Source of the DNA: Octopus bimaculoides
Lineage: Eukaryota
Reading direction: 5' to 3'
Assembly: GCF_001194135.2 (NCBI RefSeq)
Contig: NC_068983.1
Location: 59,690,959-59,754,958, forward strand
DNA length: 64,000 bases
In this document: positions 13,409-26,384 of the stretch, piece by piece
Numbering within the stretch: position 1 is the first letter of the stretch
Layout: the number at the start of each line of letters is the position of its first letter
Program-made: the position numbers and the translations under genes
Notes under the pieces: model-generated
The model's input: the letters and a program-made list of their open reading frames with translations, nothing else
The model's database searches: none
What the model was told of the DNA's origin: nothing

Positions 13409-13618
13409 ATGCTACATTTACCAAAATGTATTGTTATAGAGATGAGCAAAACAGCTAGTAAAAACGAAGTACTTTTCACCTGAGGAGACACATCTGCACC
13501 TAGGATGCATGACAATTGTTTGGGCTGCATCTCACGTATAAGGTACCGGTGCATGATAGGTCAAATTGGTTATAGTGGTTCTTAATAAAGAGTCTTGTGT
13601 ATTCCATTTTCTATCTCG

Positions 13619-13620
<2 letters not shown>
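13409..13620 (+). repeat. Dispersed ~210-bp repeat, copy 1 of 3
   Basis: Alignable to 14443-14655 and 58142-58327 (cacctgaggagacacatctgcacc core). Confidence 0.85.
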
Positions 13621-13683
<63 letters not shown>

Positions 13684-13831
13684 NNNNNNNNNNNNNNNNN
13701 NNNNNNNNNNNNNNNNNNNNNNNNNNNNNNNNNNNNNNNNNNNNNNNNNNNNNNNNNNNNNNNNNNNNNNNNNNNNNNNNNNNNNNNNNNNNNNNNNNNN
13801 NNNNNNNNNNNNNNNNNNNNNNNNNNNNNNN
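13684..13831. other. Assembly gap
   Basis: N run after (CA)n. Confidence 1.
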
Positions 13832-14346
13832 AAGTTATTGAAGATGATGATGAACAGTTGTATGGTTTGAACTAAGCTTTATTGCCAATTCTTCAACTGA
13901 TAATGCAGGATTTTCTTCAAGTAATGCCTCAAGGAGCTTATCATCAAACTCAACTGGACGTCCTGTTCAATCTTCATCTTCAAGGCTGAAATCTCCACTT
14001 CTGAATTTTGTAAACCATCTTCTGCAAGTTCTTTCATTCAAGCATTCTTTCCCATAAACTGAATGTATGTTTCAAGTCGCTTTGGCTGCAGAGTTTGCTT
14101 TTTATGGACTTATGAAGCATTATGTGCCTTAAATGCTTTTTGAATACTTTCATGTTAGAAAGGGCTTTAATCAAAGAAATTTTAATCCTATTATTCTGTA
14201 AAATAATATTTAATTAGTTTAAATATACACAAATGCATAACAATGCATAACAATTTTAAATTCCATTAGACATTCTAAAATACTATTAAATTTTATTCAA
14301 TTTTAAAAACGGTAAAATTGGACAGAACTTATGGGATGACCTGATA
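13832..14346 (-). mobile_element. Mariner transposon 5' half (TIR plus HTH region of transposase)
   Basis: TA followed by TIR tcaggtcatcccataagttctgtcc at the right end; ATG at 14153. After a frameshift it reads ..ERTCRRWFTKFRSGDFSLEDED*TGRPVEFDDKLLEALLEENPALSVEELAIKL, a mariner HTH signature. Confidence 0.9.
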
Positions 14347-14442
14347 TATGTATGTATGTATTTGTATGCATGTATGTATGTATGTGTATGCATGTGTTTG
14401 TGTGTGTTAGTTGATATATTTGTTTACATTGGGCTAAAACCA

Positions 14443-14655
14443 ATGCTACGTTTTCCAAAATGTATTGTTATAGAGATGAGTCAAACAGCTAGTAAAAACG
14501 AAGTGTTTTTCACCTGAGGAGACACATCTGCACCAAGGATGCATGACAATTGTTTGTGCAGCATCTCACCTATAAGGCGTCGGTGCATGATGGGTCAAAA
14601 CAATCATAGCGGTTCTGAATATTGAGTCTCAATGGATTCCATTTTCTATCTTGCA
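14443..14655 (+). repeat. Dispersed ~210-bp repeat, copy 2 of 3
   Basis: See 13409-13620. Confidence 0.85.
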
Positions 14656-14674
14656 GATTATATATGCACATACA

Positions 14675-14722
<48 letters not shown>

Positions 14723-17034
14723 CATACATAGGAAGGTGGATGTTAAACGATGATGATGATGATGATGATGATGATCCAATATGTCTAAACTTACAACACT
14801 TAGATCTTTGGATCTTACAATTACATATTGATATATATGTGTGTGTGAGCATTCTTTGTGTTATGGTTCTTTATGTACACTAACCTAGCAGATCAACAAA
14901 TAGGATAGATGCATTTAGTGCTAGCCTAAAATAAGTACTGAAAAATGATGTGATCACTTAAATTGTTGCTTCAGCATGGCTGAAAAGGAGTAAGATAATT
15001 ATGATAAGTTGCATTTTCATAAATGTGAATGCTTATACATCTATAACTGATACTGACTTATTATATTTTATGCTGTCATAGCCTCCTCATATCATATCTT
15101 CCAATTTATTATTACTTCTATACTATACATATATCATTTTGAAAAATAAATATTTCTGTACTTTTTATTTCTGATAATTATTATCCTTTATTCTTCTGTC
15201 TTTAGATATCTGACAGGTTGCCAATTCTTGGTTCTAAAATAGTCAACTTATAGATTGAATATGTTTTACAATGTAAGAATAATGTTTCTAATTATATTAT
15301 GCTGAATAGAGTGAATATATATTAATCAATATGCTTTTAGAAATACATTCTAGTTTGTTTTTGGTTTTGGTTTGTGTGTGTGCGTGTGTGTGTACGTACC
15401 TGATATCTTATATTTTATCTATTGCAATCTTAGAGTCTCTCGTTGAAGAAATTACTGAGTTGATGTATTAGTGTTCAACTTTATATTGATTTTCATTTGC
15501 ATTTACCTTTCAAAAATCAGCTTTAAGAATTATGCCTGCATGATGCTATATTCAAAGTGTCTTATGTAAGCTGAACAATTGACCGTCATGATGGCACCAA
15601 ACAAAGTTGAAATTAGGCATCAGTGAATGAAATAGAAAATAAGTAATGAAAATGATATTTGAATGTATGTATTACTGAAGGAATGAATTTATTTAACAAA
15701 TCTAATAGCTACTATCACTGCCATAATGATTAACTATGTGAATTTATATATGTATGAAAGTATATATTTCTTACTGTGTTTGTGTCTGTGTGTTTTTCTG
15801 AATGAATAGATGAGGAAATATAGGAATATACCTAGGCTTATGAGTGAGTTATGTTGAAGAATGAACTGTACTGCTTGTGGTATACGATATATATTTTGAA
15901 TTTAATATGAAGAAATAAACTAAAGGATATTTGATATTTGTTAAGATATTGAAATGTGCACAGTGGAAATTTACTCTTAATTATAAAAAAAAATATGCAT
16001 TTAGATTTCATGAGTACAAGTACTTGTATGAAAATACTAAGAACAATATCGATAACATTAAATATCTAATGATAAGTAAAATTGCCATAATAATGTATTA
16101 ACTACTGAGATAATCTTCTGAAATTTCTCACTAAGAAGCTTTGATTTTTTTTTTAATTCTGAAAGAAAAAAATTTAGTTCTCGTCTTAAGTAATATGTTT
16201 TTCATAATATTGCAAAGTTATTCTGAAAATTGCTCCCAACATTGCTTTCTCTCAAAGTGTTCTTATTTACTTACAAGTGATGACTTTTTACCAAAATAAT
16301 GTTATATGCTGTTCTTTAAGATAATTGCCACATTTTTTTAAAATTTTAGCCTCCCAAAATGTTATTAACAATTCTGAATAAATATTTTCCATTTGTTTTA
16401 CCTATATAATGGCATATTTTACTCCTCTTCAAAATTGCATAGCATACTCATTCTCTTCTTCCGTTCTTTCAATTTCCTTCTTTCCATTTCTTCCATCTGT
16501 CTCTACCATTCTTTATCTATCTATGAATCTATCCACTTATATTTCTATCTATCTGGCAGTCTGTCTGTCTATCTATGTCTCTCTTTTTGTCTCCATGTAT
16601 TACAAATATTTCTATTAAGGTAAAGAAAAAAGAAAAGAAATTGTCCCATGCTTAGTTGAATGAAAGCTTATAAAACCAGAAATCTTTGAAGTACACTTGC
16701 AGCGCAAATATATTAGTTTCATCTGGCAAGGCAAGCATTAAACTACATTCAGTTTCCTTGTTAAGGGGTAGCTGTTTAATTTTTATCTTGTAGCTGCAGA
16801 TTTGTCCTTTTGGAAATACCTTATTTGCTAAAGAACAGCATCTCTTAGTTTTAAGCAATCTGGTTGATAACTGGTTGATCTTTTACTTATGCAATTCACA
16901 GCTATTCACTGTAAAAGTAAAAATTAAAAAAAGAAATTTTCTAAATGTCCTTATATGAAACTGAATATGTGAGTGATTTCAAATGTGCATGAATACAAGC
17001 ATGTAATTGTGCTTTTGTACATATTCATACATCT

Positions 17035-17078
<44 letters not shown>

Positions 17079-17212
17079 NNNNNNNNNNNNNNNNNNNNNN
17101 NNNNNNNNNNNNNNNNNNNNNNNNNNNNNNNNNNNNNNNNNNNNNNNNNNNNNNNNNNNNNNNNNNNNNNNNNNNNNNNNNNNNNNNNNNNNNNNNNNNN
17201 NNNNNNNNNNNN
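17079..17212. other. Assembly gap between (CA)n and (TA)n
   Basis: N run. Confidence 1.
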
Positions 17213-17245
<33 letters not shown>

Positions 17246-20200
17246 GTAGGTATATGTATGTATATTTGTATATACACACATACATATATATATACACACA
17301 CATACATATATATATACACACACAAATATATGATTGCTAAAGCCATGGTTAGATGAAACCATGCTCAGTTTGAAAACTCATTGGTTATGTTTACATGTCA
17401 GTTTACTTTAATCAAGTTTAAAGTTTATGATAAAAAAAAAATTATAAAGACGATATCAAACCTGTAAAATATGGAAATAAAGATGCTCTTGTCCTACTGA
17501 TGAAAATACCTCCTGAATGAAGTCACAGAGTAAACCAATTAAAGTGCCCTGTGCAAAGAGTCGTTAAGCTGTTCTAGCCATACTTCCAAATGACTGGCTT
17601 AGCAACTTCATTGCATGGAGTTCTTCCTTTGGTGCTGACACCACCCACAAGACAGATGCTGTGCACAATGTTACGGAACGGATCTCCATCTGACTCTCTC
17701 ATAGTGTATTCAAGGATTCCAGAAATTATTTGTAATCAGAATGTAAGCAATGAAAGCAAAAAGAATAAAAGATTTATATAATTTATCCTTATGGTGTTAA
17801 TTTTCTTTGTTAATTTGTGAAATAGTTTTTCCTATTTTTGTAATAGTGACGTGCATTTGATAAATTCAGAAAAAAGCATATAGGATATTTTTTTCATTTT
17901 CCTTTTTAGTGAAAAAATATGTTAAAACAGCAGAACACTTAAATGAAATTGTGAAATCCATACCAATATTTTATGGACATCTCCGCTATACCTTAATTCT
18001 AATAAGGCATTGACTGAAACAAAAATTCATTTTAGAGTGAAATATAATAGATAAAACAATAAAATGCAATTCTTTGTTTTAACTGTTTAAATTTGTAATT
18101 GTTGTGATTAAAAAAACAAAAGCAAAGCAAAAGCAATTATTAAAAACAGGCTACTGTGAAGGAATGTTGCTACTTCTTCGATTCCTGTGTCTTCTGAAAA
18201 TTTTGCTTAATATTTTCTGAGGATAGCGAAAATATTAAAGCAAATTTAATATTTTGTTTAATATTAAATTTGGTTTTAATATTGCTTAATTGAATTTTCA
18301 GAACTGTTTGTTAATATTTTGTTAACGAAGTAATCAAAGAACACCTGGAGCTTCTTTGTCATCAATTTTAGCAAAGCCAAATGACAAATAATTACAATCA
18401 TATTCATATTTAATTTTTTTATAGATATCTGCAAAGAACTGAAAGATGCAGATTTTACGTGTGAATTAATTGAACAAGAAGTTGATGCTTGCTTCAATCT
18501 CTGTGTCTTCTACTGAGACTATGGCTTGCTTCACTAGTTTCTTTCTGCATTTTTAGTAACTCCAGTTTTCTTTAACAAACTGTTTTGAATTTTTTTAATT
18601 GAAATAAAATTTACTGAAATGTATCATAAAAAAAAAATCACCAGATTTATAAAGACACACAAACAGCAATACAACAAAGACATTAAAAGCAAAATGATAG
18701 CAGTGCAGTTTTTTTACAATGTTCTAATGAGGTCATGCATGCATTGAACTGATGGTGGCACTTTGCATAAGTTAACTTATTACTTTGAAAAAGCTGATTG
18801 AATAGCATTCATTTATAATTGTACTTTATTAAATTTTCTTAAAAAAATACCTTCCCTCATTGAATCCCAGGAATTTATTGCAGAACCCACTTTTGAAAAT
18901 AGTGTTTTGGAAGATTTATGAAGAAGTTGTTTATGCTGTTTGAATTAAATGTTATTCAGTAATGAATAGTCAAGTCTGCTGATTCATTTTAATTGGAAAA
19001 TAATTACTAAATCAAAAAAGATCACTGGAAAACCAATGATCTTTTGGACTGGCCACCATAAAAGATTAATGCTGAAATTTCTTATGGACTGTTGCACTCA
19101 TCTGGAGTTAAATTGCTACAAATTTAGAGTTTTGGTTCTATGGTTTTATTCCACCCCAGCTCATTTAACCTTTGTGCTTTTTGAGGTTGATAAAGTATGC
19201 AAGACCAGCTGAAATTGTATTTGGGTTAGAACTTTCAGATTTTATACATTACTGTGATAGCTGAGTAACTTAGGAGTTCAGCCTGAAATTCTGTCTAGGC
19301 TGGAGGTTAGGAATCATAACATTTGAAAAGGATTAAAAATAAAATAGAGCATGATAACATTTGAACCACAAACTTCTTGTCCTAAAGTTGTTATTGGCAA
19401 TTCTTGATACAAAGAATTTTAATTATATGCCCACAGAACCACATCAAAGAGTTAAGAGACTTTTAAGAATGTAAATTCTCATTTTGTGAAATTCTTCCAT
19501 TATATAAAAATTTGCTTTCTTTTTAATAACTATTTGGCATGGTTCTGACTTGATATTAAATTGAAATCTAGTTTGTTTTTTTTAAAATTAAATTCTGATT
19601 TCTTGAATGTGTTCTGCCTTATTGAATGTATTTTGTCATCTACATTTTTAATAACAAATGTATTATTATTTCACAGGTTAAATTTGAATGTGTTTGTTTT
19701 TCAATATATCATTCTATTTTATTCTGCTTCATTTATAAGTTCTAAAAAGACTTTTAAAAAGCAAAATCAGAATATGTTTTCGTTTTGTTTGTATGGTATT
19801 GTTGACTCTATATTCCACAATGGAATGTAGGCATTTTTCACTGAAAACAATAGCATTTGTCATTTTATACTTGCATATTTTTTGAGTATATTCTTTTTTA
19901 AATGTACATTTACTATAATTGTTATCACTGTTTGTAAAGTGCAATAGAAAATATTATTTTCTATTGGAAAAACATTTAGAAAATACTTTTAAAAGCCAAG
20001 TCTAAATATTGATTTTTGTCAAAGTAATTAATATTCTGGTGTAAGTGATGGGGCATATTCTATATTAGCCAGGGATCAGTTATATTTTTAAACAAGCAGC
20101 TCAGACAATTTTCAGTGGATTGTACTTTCACTTTTCACTGTATTGAATGTAAACACTTTTTGTTCAAAAGTCTTGCTTTACTTTCACATTATAACATTTC

Positions 20201-20499
20201 ATATCTTTACAATGTCTTTATATAAAGAATATTAACAACTGTATATTCTTATATATCTTATATTTTTATATATCTTATATTCTTATATTTGAAAATTCTG
20301 AATCTTGACAATCTTCTTGATATTAATTCTACTTGACATTAATTCCTGACTGATTCATAGCCCTTGATCCAAATTATGCCACCCAATATAACTAGATAAA
20401 CAAGAACAGAAAGAATTCATGTTTTGTTCCAAGTAATTAAGACCAATGACAGGAATGTGAAACAAACACGATACTTCAGTTAAAAAGCTGAAAGTCAAT

Positions 20500-20960
20500 G
20501 GTTGTGTCATGCTTTGTCATATTTGTTTTTATTCTTTACACTCTGGGTTCAAATGCTGCCATGGTTAATTTCACCTTTCATCTTTTGGCATTGATGAAAT
20601 AAAGTACCAGTCAAGTACTGGGGTTAATGATATCAAGTAACCTTCTTCATTCAAAATTTCTGGCCTTGTCCTTAAATTGGAATTAATTATTACTTTCTTA
20701 TCAGTTTTAAAATCTAAAATTCAAATGTAATATATTTAGTAGCCATAAATGTGACAAGCTGACAGAACTGTTAATACACTGAGCAAAATGCTTAGTGGCT
20801 TTTTGTCTGTCTTTATGTTCTAAGTTCAAATTCCACTAAGGTCAACTTTGCATTTCATCCTTTCGGGGTTGATTAAACAAGTACCAATCGAGCACTGGGG
20901 TCAATGTAATTTACCCTAAACATTTCTGGCTCTGTTCCAAATTTGAAACCAATATATTTA
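20500..20960 (+). mobile_element. Two tandem SINE family B copies
   Basis: Two occurrences of gttcaaat..gg..aa.tt..c.tttcatc.ttt.gg..ttgat..aa..aagtacc..tc.ag.actgggg. Confidence 0.75.
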
Positions 20961-21389
20961 GTAGCCATAAAGCACAACTACACATGCCCATTTTTTTCTT
21001 TATCTTTAATATATTAGTCTAAAATTATCCTTTATTATTTCTTCTGTATAAAAAATAAGTAAATGAAATATGTGAGCAGATCAACAATATAGTACAGACA
21101 ATATCTTGACTTTTATTTCATCTCTTCAAATTTACTGAAGTCACAGCTACAGTTTCTAATTCTAACCATGGCAAATGAAAACAGGTATTCATGTTACTAC
21201 TGTTGAAGTGAGTTAGATCTTTTCAATGACCTGAGTATCCAACATACAGTTTTAGGTGTCTTGAACTAAACAAAACTTTTATGTCAACTGACATACTTCG
21301 ACGTCATTCAAAATAAGTCTTCCTTACATACCAATACACAAATCTATAAGTTCTTTTTATGATATGAAAAATACTTTAAAAACGTTATC

Positions 21390-21620
21390 TTTATCTTTTG
21401 CTCGTTTCAGTGATTAGGCTGCAGCCATGTTGGAGATCCACCTTAAAGAATTTTAATCAAATAAATCAACCCAAATGCTTATTTCTTGAGCCTGACACTT
21501 ATTCTATTAGTCTCTTTTATTGAACTGCTAATGTACAGGGATGTAAACACACAGGCACCAGTAGTAAAGTGTTGGTAGAGGACAAACACAGACACAAAGA
21601 CACACATACACACACATGTT

Positions 21621-21654
<34 letters not shown>

Positions 21655-21785
21655 CAATGGGCTTCTTTTAATTTCCATCTCCCAAGTCCACTCACAAAAT
21701 TTTGGTTGGCCTAAGGTTATTGTAGAAGACGCTTTCCCAAGGTGTCACACAGTGGAACTCAACCTGAAACCATGGTTCGGAAACA
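21390..21785 (-). mobile_element. SINE family A
   Basis: Reverse match to head, (GT)n middle and tail of family A. Confidence 0.8.
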
Positions 21786-22349
21786 ACACACTGTCAATAT
21801 TTTTTTTTTAAATTCATTTTTTTTAGTAATCAAAATTGAATTAACATTGAAAAATATAGTTGCTTAAGAAAATAATGATAATATTACTTTTGTAATCATT
21901 TCAATTGAACTAAGTTAATTAACAGCCAATTGCAGGCAAATTGATTTATAATCATTGAATAGTAATTATACATATGACAAATGCATTTTTAAAATATTTA
22001 GTTCATTAAGTATTGTTCACTCAAAATATGAAAATTCTTAAAGAAATCAGAGATGCTGGTGAGGCAGATGAAATTCATATTCCTGTGATTAACAACAATG
22101 TATATGCATACTTAGAACAACAGACTGCAAACAAAGCAGATAGCATTTCTTTGTCAAATAAAATTACAGCTATTTCCCCTGAAAACATTAGAGACGTTGA
22201 TAGAATATTATAGTTTGCAGAAATCCAATCAAATAGAATTTTAATTGGCTAAATTAAAATGAAGGTAATGTCAATAAGTAAAATGGTAATGAAAGTTATG
22301 TACTTGAAATATATCAGTAACTTCATATGTCTGCATTACAGATATGATC

Positions 22350-22520
22350 ATCATCATTTTATGTCTTCTTTTCATGCCAGCATGTGTGGGATGGTTTGGC
22401 TGAAGGATCACATCCTACTCCAATGACTCGTTTTTGATATGCTTCTGTAGTTGGATATCTTTCCTAACACCAACTGCTTTATCAAGTCTATTATATGCAT
22501 TTTTCATAGCGCCAACACTA
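22350..22520 (-). mobile_element. RTE-type 3' tail repeat
   Basis: tcttttcatgccagcatgtgtgggatggtttgg..ttggatatctttcctaacacc. Confidence 0.6.
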
Positions 22521-23976
22521 TAGAGGGTGTTTTGACATCAGCAAGACTAAAGAGCACTTCCATGCTCTGCTTTGTTGCAGTTTGGCTTGATTACCAATCA
22601 CTGAGAGTATACTGGATGCTTTTTGTAACACCAGCTCTGTTGGGATTACTTTGGAGCTTGCAAAGCAAAGGGGAACACCTCATGATAGGAAAGAGCAGCT
22701 ATGTTGTGAGAAAATGGTAATGGAGTGAATAAGAGAGAAAAATGTTGAGGTGCGAGTGGAGAAAGAAGAAGAAGAGGAAGGAGGAGAGTATGAAGGAAAG
22801 GGAAGGGAAGAATATGAATTTGCATATGTATATATGAATAAAAGTTATTGTAATTTAGTGTTAATGTATTCATTGAAGGAGATACAAAAATGCTACTTAC
22901 AGTAATTATGCAAAGAAGAAAACAATATTTGTCAATGACTTCTATTATTTCAATGATATCAGTAAGTATGGTAGACAACTCTTGACATTTTTCATGTCAT
23001 TATGACTTTATCAGTGAAGTATGCACTTCACCATAATTGCCAAATTAGTAATGACAGAATCACTAAGTAAATGTAAGAGATAGCACATTTTTGATGTAGA
23101 AAAATTTGAATTGCTTACAGAGAGGCATCTCTTAGTTATTCTCTAAACAATTTTATGTGATAGACATATGTAACATTACCATTGAAAGGAAAATATGTGA
23201 TAATGTATAATGGAAATCAAAGCATGCATTTCATGCTAGCTGGGCAATTCTCACCAGACATTTTCCATTCAAATTCTAATGTTTACTTAGAGGAATCCAA
23301 AACACAAAAAAAGGAAAGAAAGAAGAAAACTTTAATCGATTTATCAAATTCTTCTCATGAAAGGTTGTAGAATACCCAAAGCTACAAAATGGTAACTTAC
23401 ATAACAGTGCACCACACATGAAATAATATTTTGACAGGACAACCAGATAAAGTTTTTCTTTTGTGTTGAGAATATTCTTTCCTTCCTTCTGTTTGGATTA
23501 GTTTATGTAAATTTAAGATATTTTTTTTCTCTTTTCAAAATTTCTTATTTTTCTTTTTTTAGTACTTTTGGCTTTGAATCCCAACATTATGTTTCTAGTT
23601 TTCTAACAACACCAAATTAAAATAGATACTGGTGATTATAATGTGTTATTTTTTTTATAACTTAGAAATAATGCTATCAGTATTAACTATGCTAAAACTA
23701 AATATATATTAAGCAATTTATCTCCCCTCTTTATTCAAGTTTTTACATGAGTGTGAATGTAACTAATCAACACTGTCTTCTATGCATGACTACATAAAAC
23801 TTTCATGACTCTCAACGCACAGAAACAGTAATTTTATTTGCCATTTGCTGTGAATGGAATATCAGGCATATTTTTCTTTTCTGTGACTGATTTGTTTCTG
23901 CTACATTATTTTAATTTATCTTCTCTGTTTCTCAGCAAAGACATTTTCTATTTATTTTACATATGTGTGTGTGTCA

Positions 23977-24400
23977 GGCTTTTTGCAGTTTCCAGCTGCC
24001 AAATCCACTGATAAGGCTTTGGTAGACCTGAGGTTATAGTAGAAGACACTTACCTACTGTATGGAAACTTGGGCAAGTGTATCCTACTACAGACCGGAAC
24101 TAACCAAAGCCATGTTAGTGGATTTCGAAGAGAGAGACTGAAAGAAGCCCAGCGTGTGTATTCTTGTCTTGACATCATATGATGAATGTAAAACAAGCAT
24201 CACCATCATACAATCGATATTGCTTGTTTCCAGTTTTCCACAAAATTCATATCAAGCAATGGGGAAACATTACCTTTCTTGGAAACAGGTAAGGGTCTGT
24301 GAAAGGAAAGGTATCCAGTTGTAAAAATATCTGCCCCAGGGAATTCTGTAAAAGTGGGCTTTGAATGATGAAGATGATAATGATAAAACATAAAAACCAA
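23977..24400. mobile_element. Inverted SINE A fragment (23977-24052, -) joined to a SINE A variant with RTE-like tail (24069-24400, +)
   Basis: The segment aagtgt..ctacta..accaaagcc....agtggattt occurs in both orientations. Confidence 0.65.
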
Positions 24401-24559
24401 TGTGTTGCTGTTGTCAGTTAATATAACACAGCTAAGAAACAATTAAAATAAGCAAAATTTAATTAATTATGGTAAAATCAGGAGAAATTCTTGACCATTC
24501 GATACATTTAAACACATCCTCTTCTTTTCCTTTCTTGGCGAAACAGCGATGTCATAAGA

Positions 24560-25260
24560 AAAATCAAGATTGTTTGTCATAGATATATCATTTTCACATG
24601 TTTTCATAAGTCAGCTTTCCTGAGATATATTGATAGAACTTTAGTTTGTGTTCAAATCCAGTTACAACTTCTTCATAGATAACATTTTACCTGGAGCATA
24701 ATTGTTTCAATCAATCACATTTTATATAAAGGTCATAATTTGTATCATCTTCTTTTGACTGTATGTGAATGTCCCTCAGTTGAAAATAATGCCTTTGTGA
24801 CATAAAACGATCCCTACTCATTAGACTAACAATACAGATATCACCAATACATTCATATGTGCTCCTATACTTGATTATTATTATTGGCAGTTGCTTCCAT
24901 AACATTTTTGAAGTACTCATTTCATCTAAACAGGTGGGCAGCCATTTATTATCGTTCTTGGTTCATTTTAAATAGTTTCATATATTGAATTGTTTCTGTT
25001 TCCATCTTTCCCTAAAATTTGTTAGAAGAATAAATTTTTAAAAGATAATCTACTGATCTTGTATCTCCTTTTAGGCTGTTACTGAGATGAGTTAATCAGA
25101 AGAAAACTCAGGGAAAATAATTGGAGTAAGATTGGGGTTATTCACCAACATTGAGCCAGTGTTATAGATTCTTTAATATATCTTAGTGTTGTGACCTCAC
25201 TCTCTTCTTCCTCAGTTTCATCATAATATGGTAAATCAATATTAGTTTCTTTTATTGCAA
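24560..25260 (-). mobile_element. piggyBac transposase fossil
   Basis: Minus strand reads DICIVSLMSRDRFMSQRHYFQLRDIHIQSKEDDTNYDLYIK, resembling the piggyBac ..MSRNRF..LHF.DN....DRLYKIR motif. An acidic segment (DLPYYDETEEEESE) lies upstream. Heavily degenerate. Confidence 0.6.
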
Positions 25261-25469
25261 CTGTTCAAAGTATTTTTTTATATTGCCTTTCAGTAAAAAA
25301 ACTTCAAAGTTATATTCAATTTGGCATCGATCGTTGGAAATTCCTGGTGGTATTCAGATGCTGCAGTGGTAATGTTGTAAAGCTTACATATTCCCCAAAC
25401 TGTAAAACTTAAGAAAATTTTGGGAGATAGATATTTGCTGCTCTCTATAGTAAGATGAGCTAGTAAATG

Positions 25470-25633
25470 ACCAGATTAGTTTATGGAAAGCACCCAGTAC
25501 ACTCTGTAAAGTGGGTGGCATTAGAAGGAGCATCCAGCTGTAGATACCATCAAAACAATGAAGCCTGGTATGGCTATCAGCCTTGCCAGCTCCTGTCAAA
25601 CCATCCTACCCACACCAGCATGGAAAACGGATG

Positions 25634-25667
<34 letters not shown>

Positions 25668-25668
25668 G
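25470..25668 (+). mobile_element. RTE-type 3' tail ending in (GAT)n
   Basis: gcacccagtacactctgtaaagtgg..gcatccagctgtaga..ccagcatggaaaacggatgtt(tga)n. Confidence 0.8.
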
Positions 25669-25703
25669 TGAGAAGGAGGAGGATGTATATATATATATAT
25701 ATA

Positions 25704-26267
25704 NNNNNNNNNNNNNNNNNNNNNNNNNNNNNNNNNNNNNNNNNNNNNNNNNNNNNNNNNNNNNNNNNNNNNNNNNNNNNNNNNNNNNNNNNNNNNNNNN
25801 NNNNNNNNNNNNNNNNNNNNNNNNNNNNNNNNNNNNNNNNNNNNNNNNNNNNNNNNNNNNNNNNNNNNNNNNNNNNNNNNNNNNNNNNNNNNNNNNNNNN
25901 NNNNNNNNNNNNNNNNNNNNNNNNNNNNNNNNNNNNNNNNNNNNNNNNNNNNNNNNNNNNNNNNNNNNNNNNNNNNNNNNNNNNNNNNNNNNNNNNNNNN
26001 NNNNNNNNNNNNNNNNNNNNNNNNNNNNNNNNNNNNNNNNNNNNNNNNNNNNNNNNNNNNNNNNNNNNNNNNNNNNNNNNNNNNNNNNNNNNNNNNNNNN
26101 NNNNNNNNNNNNNNNNNNNNNNNNNNNNNNNNNNNNNNNNNNNNNNNNNNNNNNNNNNNNNNNNNNNNNNNNNNNNNNNNNNNNNNNNNNNNNNNNNNNN
26201 NNNNNNNNNNNNNNNNNNNNNNNNNNNNNNNNNNNNNNNNNNNNNNNNNNNNNNNNNNNNNNNNNNN
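25704..26267. other. Assembly gap
   Basis: N run. Confidence 1.
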
Positions 26268-26384
26268 GGTTCCCTCAACTGTTAGGGTGTGGCACTTTTT
26301 CACGCAGCTATCCTCATCCATTCTCACCACATGTCCATACCAGCGCAATCGTCTCTCTTGCACGCCACAACTGATGCTTCTAAT
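26268..26384 (-). mobile_element. RTE LINE ORF fragment, 5'-truncated, running into the gap
   Basis: IRSISCGVQERRLRWYGHVVRMDEDSCVKKCHTLTVEGT. RLRWYGHVxRM is the RTE C-terminal motif. Frame open and CpGs retained. Confidence 0.9.

Noticed and set aside
13409-14655. Repeat-spacer-repeat layout as a CRISPR-like array
   Set aside because: Eukaryotic context, 210-bp diverged units and only two adjacent copies.
18202-18272. Two overlapping short hairpins (16-bp and 13-bp arms)
   Set aside because: Almost pure A/T; expected by chance in this composition.
18914-18943. IYEEVVYAV, superficially like the start of alpha2delta exon 3
   Set aside because: Weak acceptor and an in-frame stop after 9 codons.
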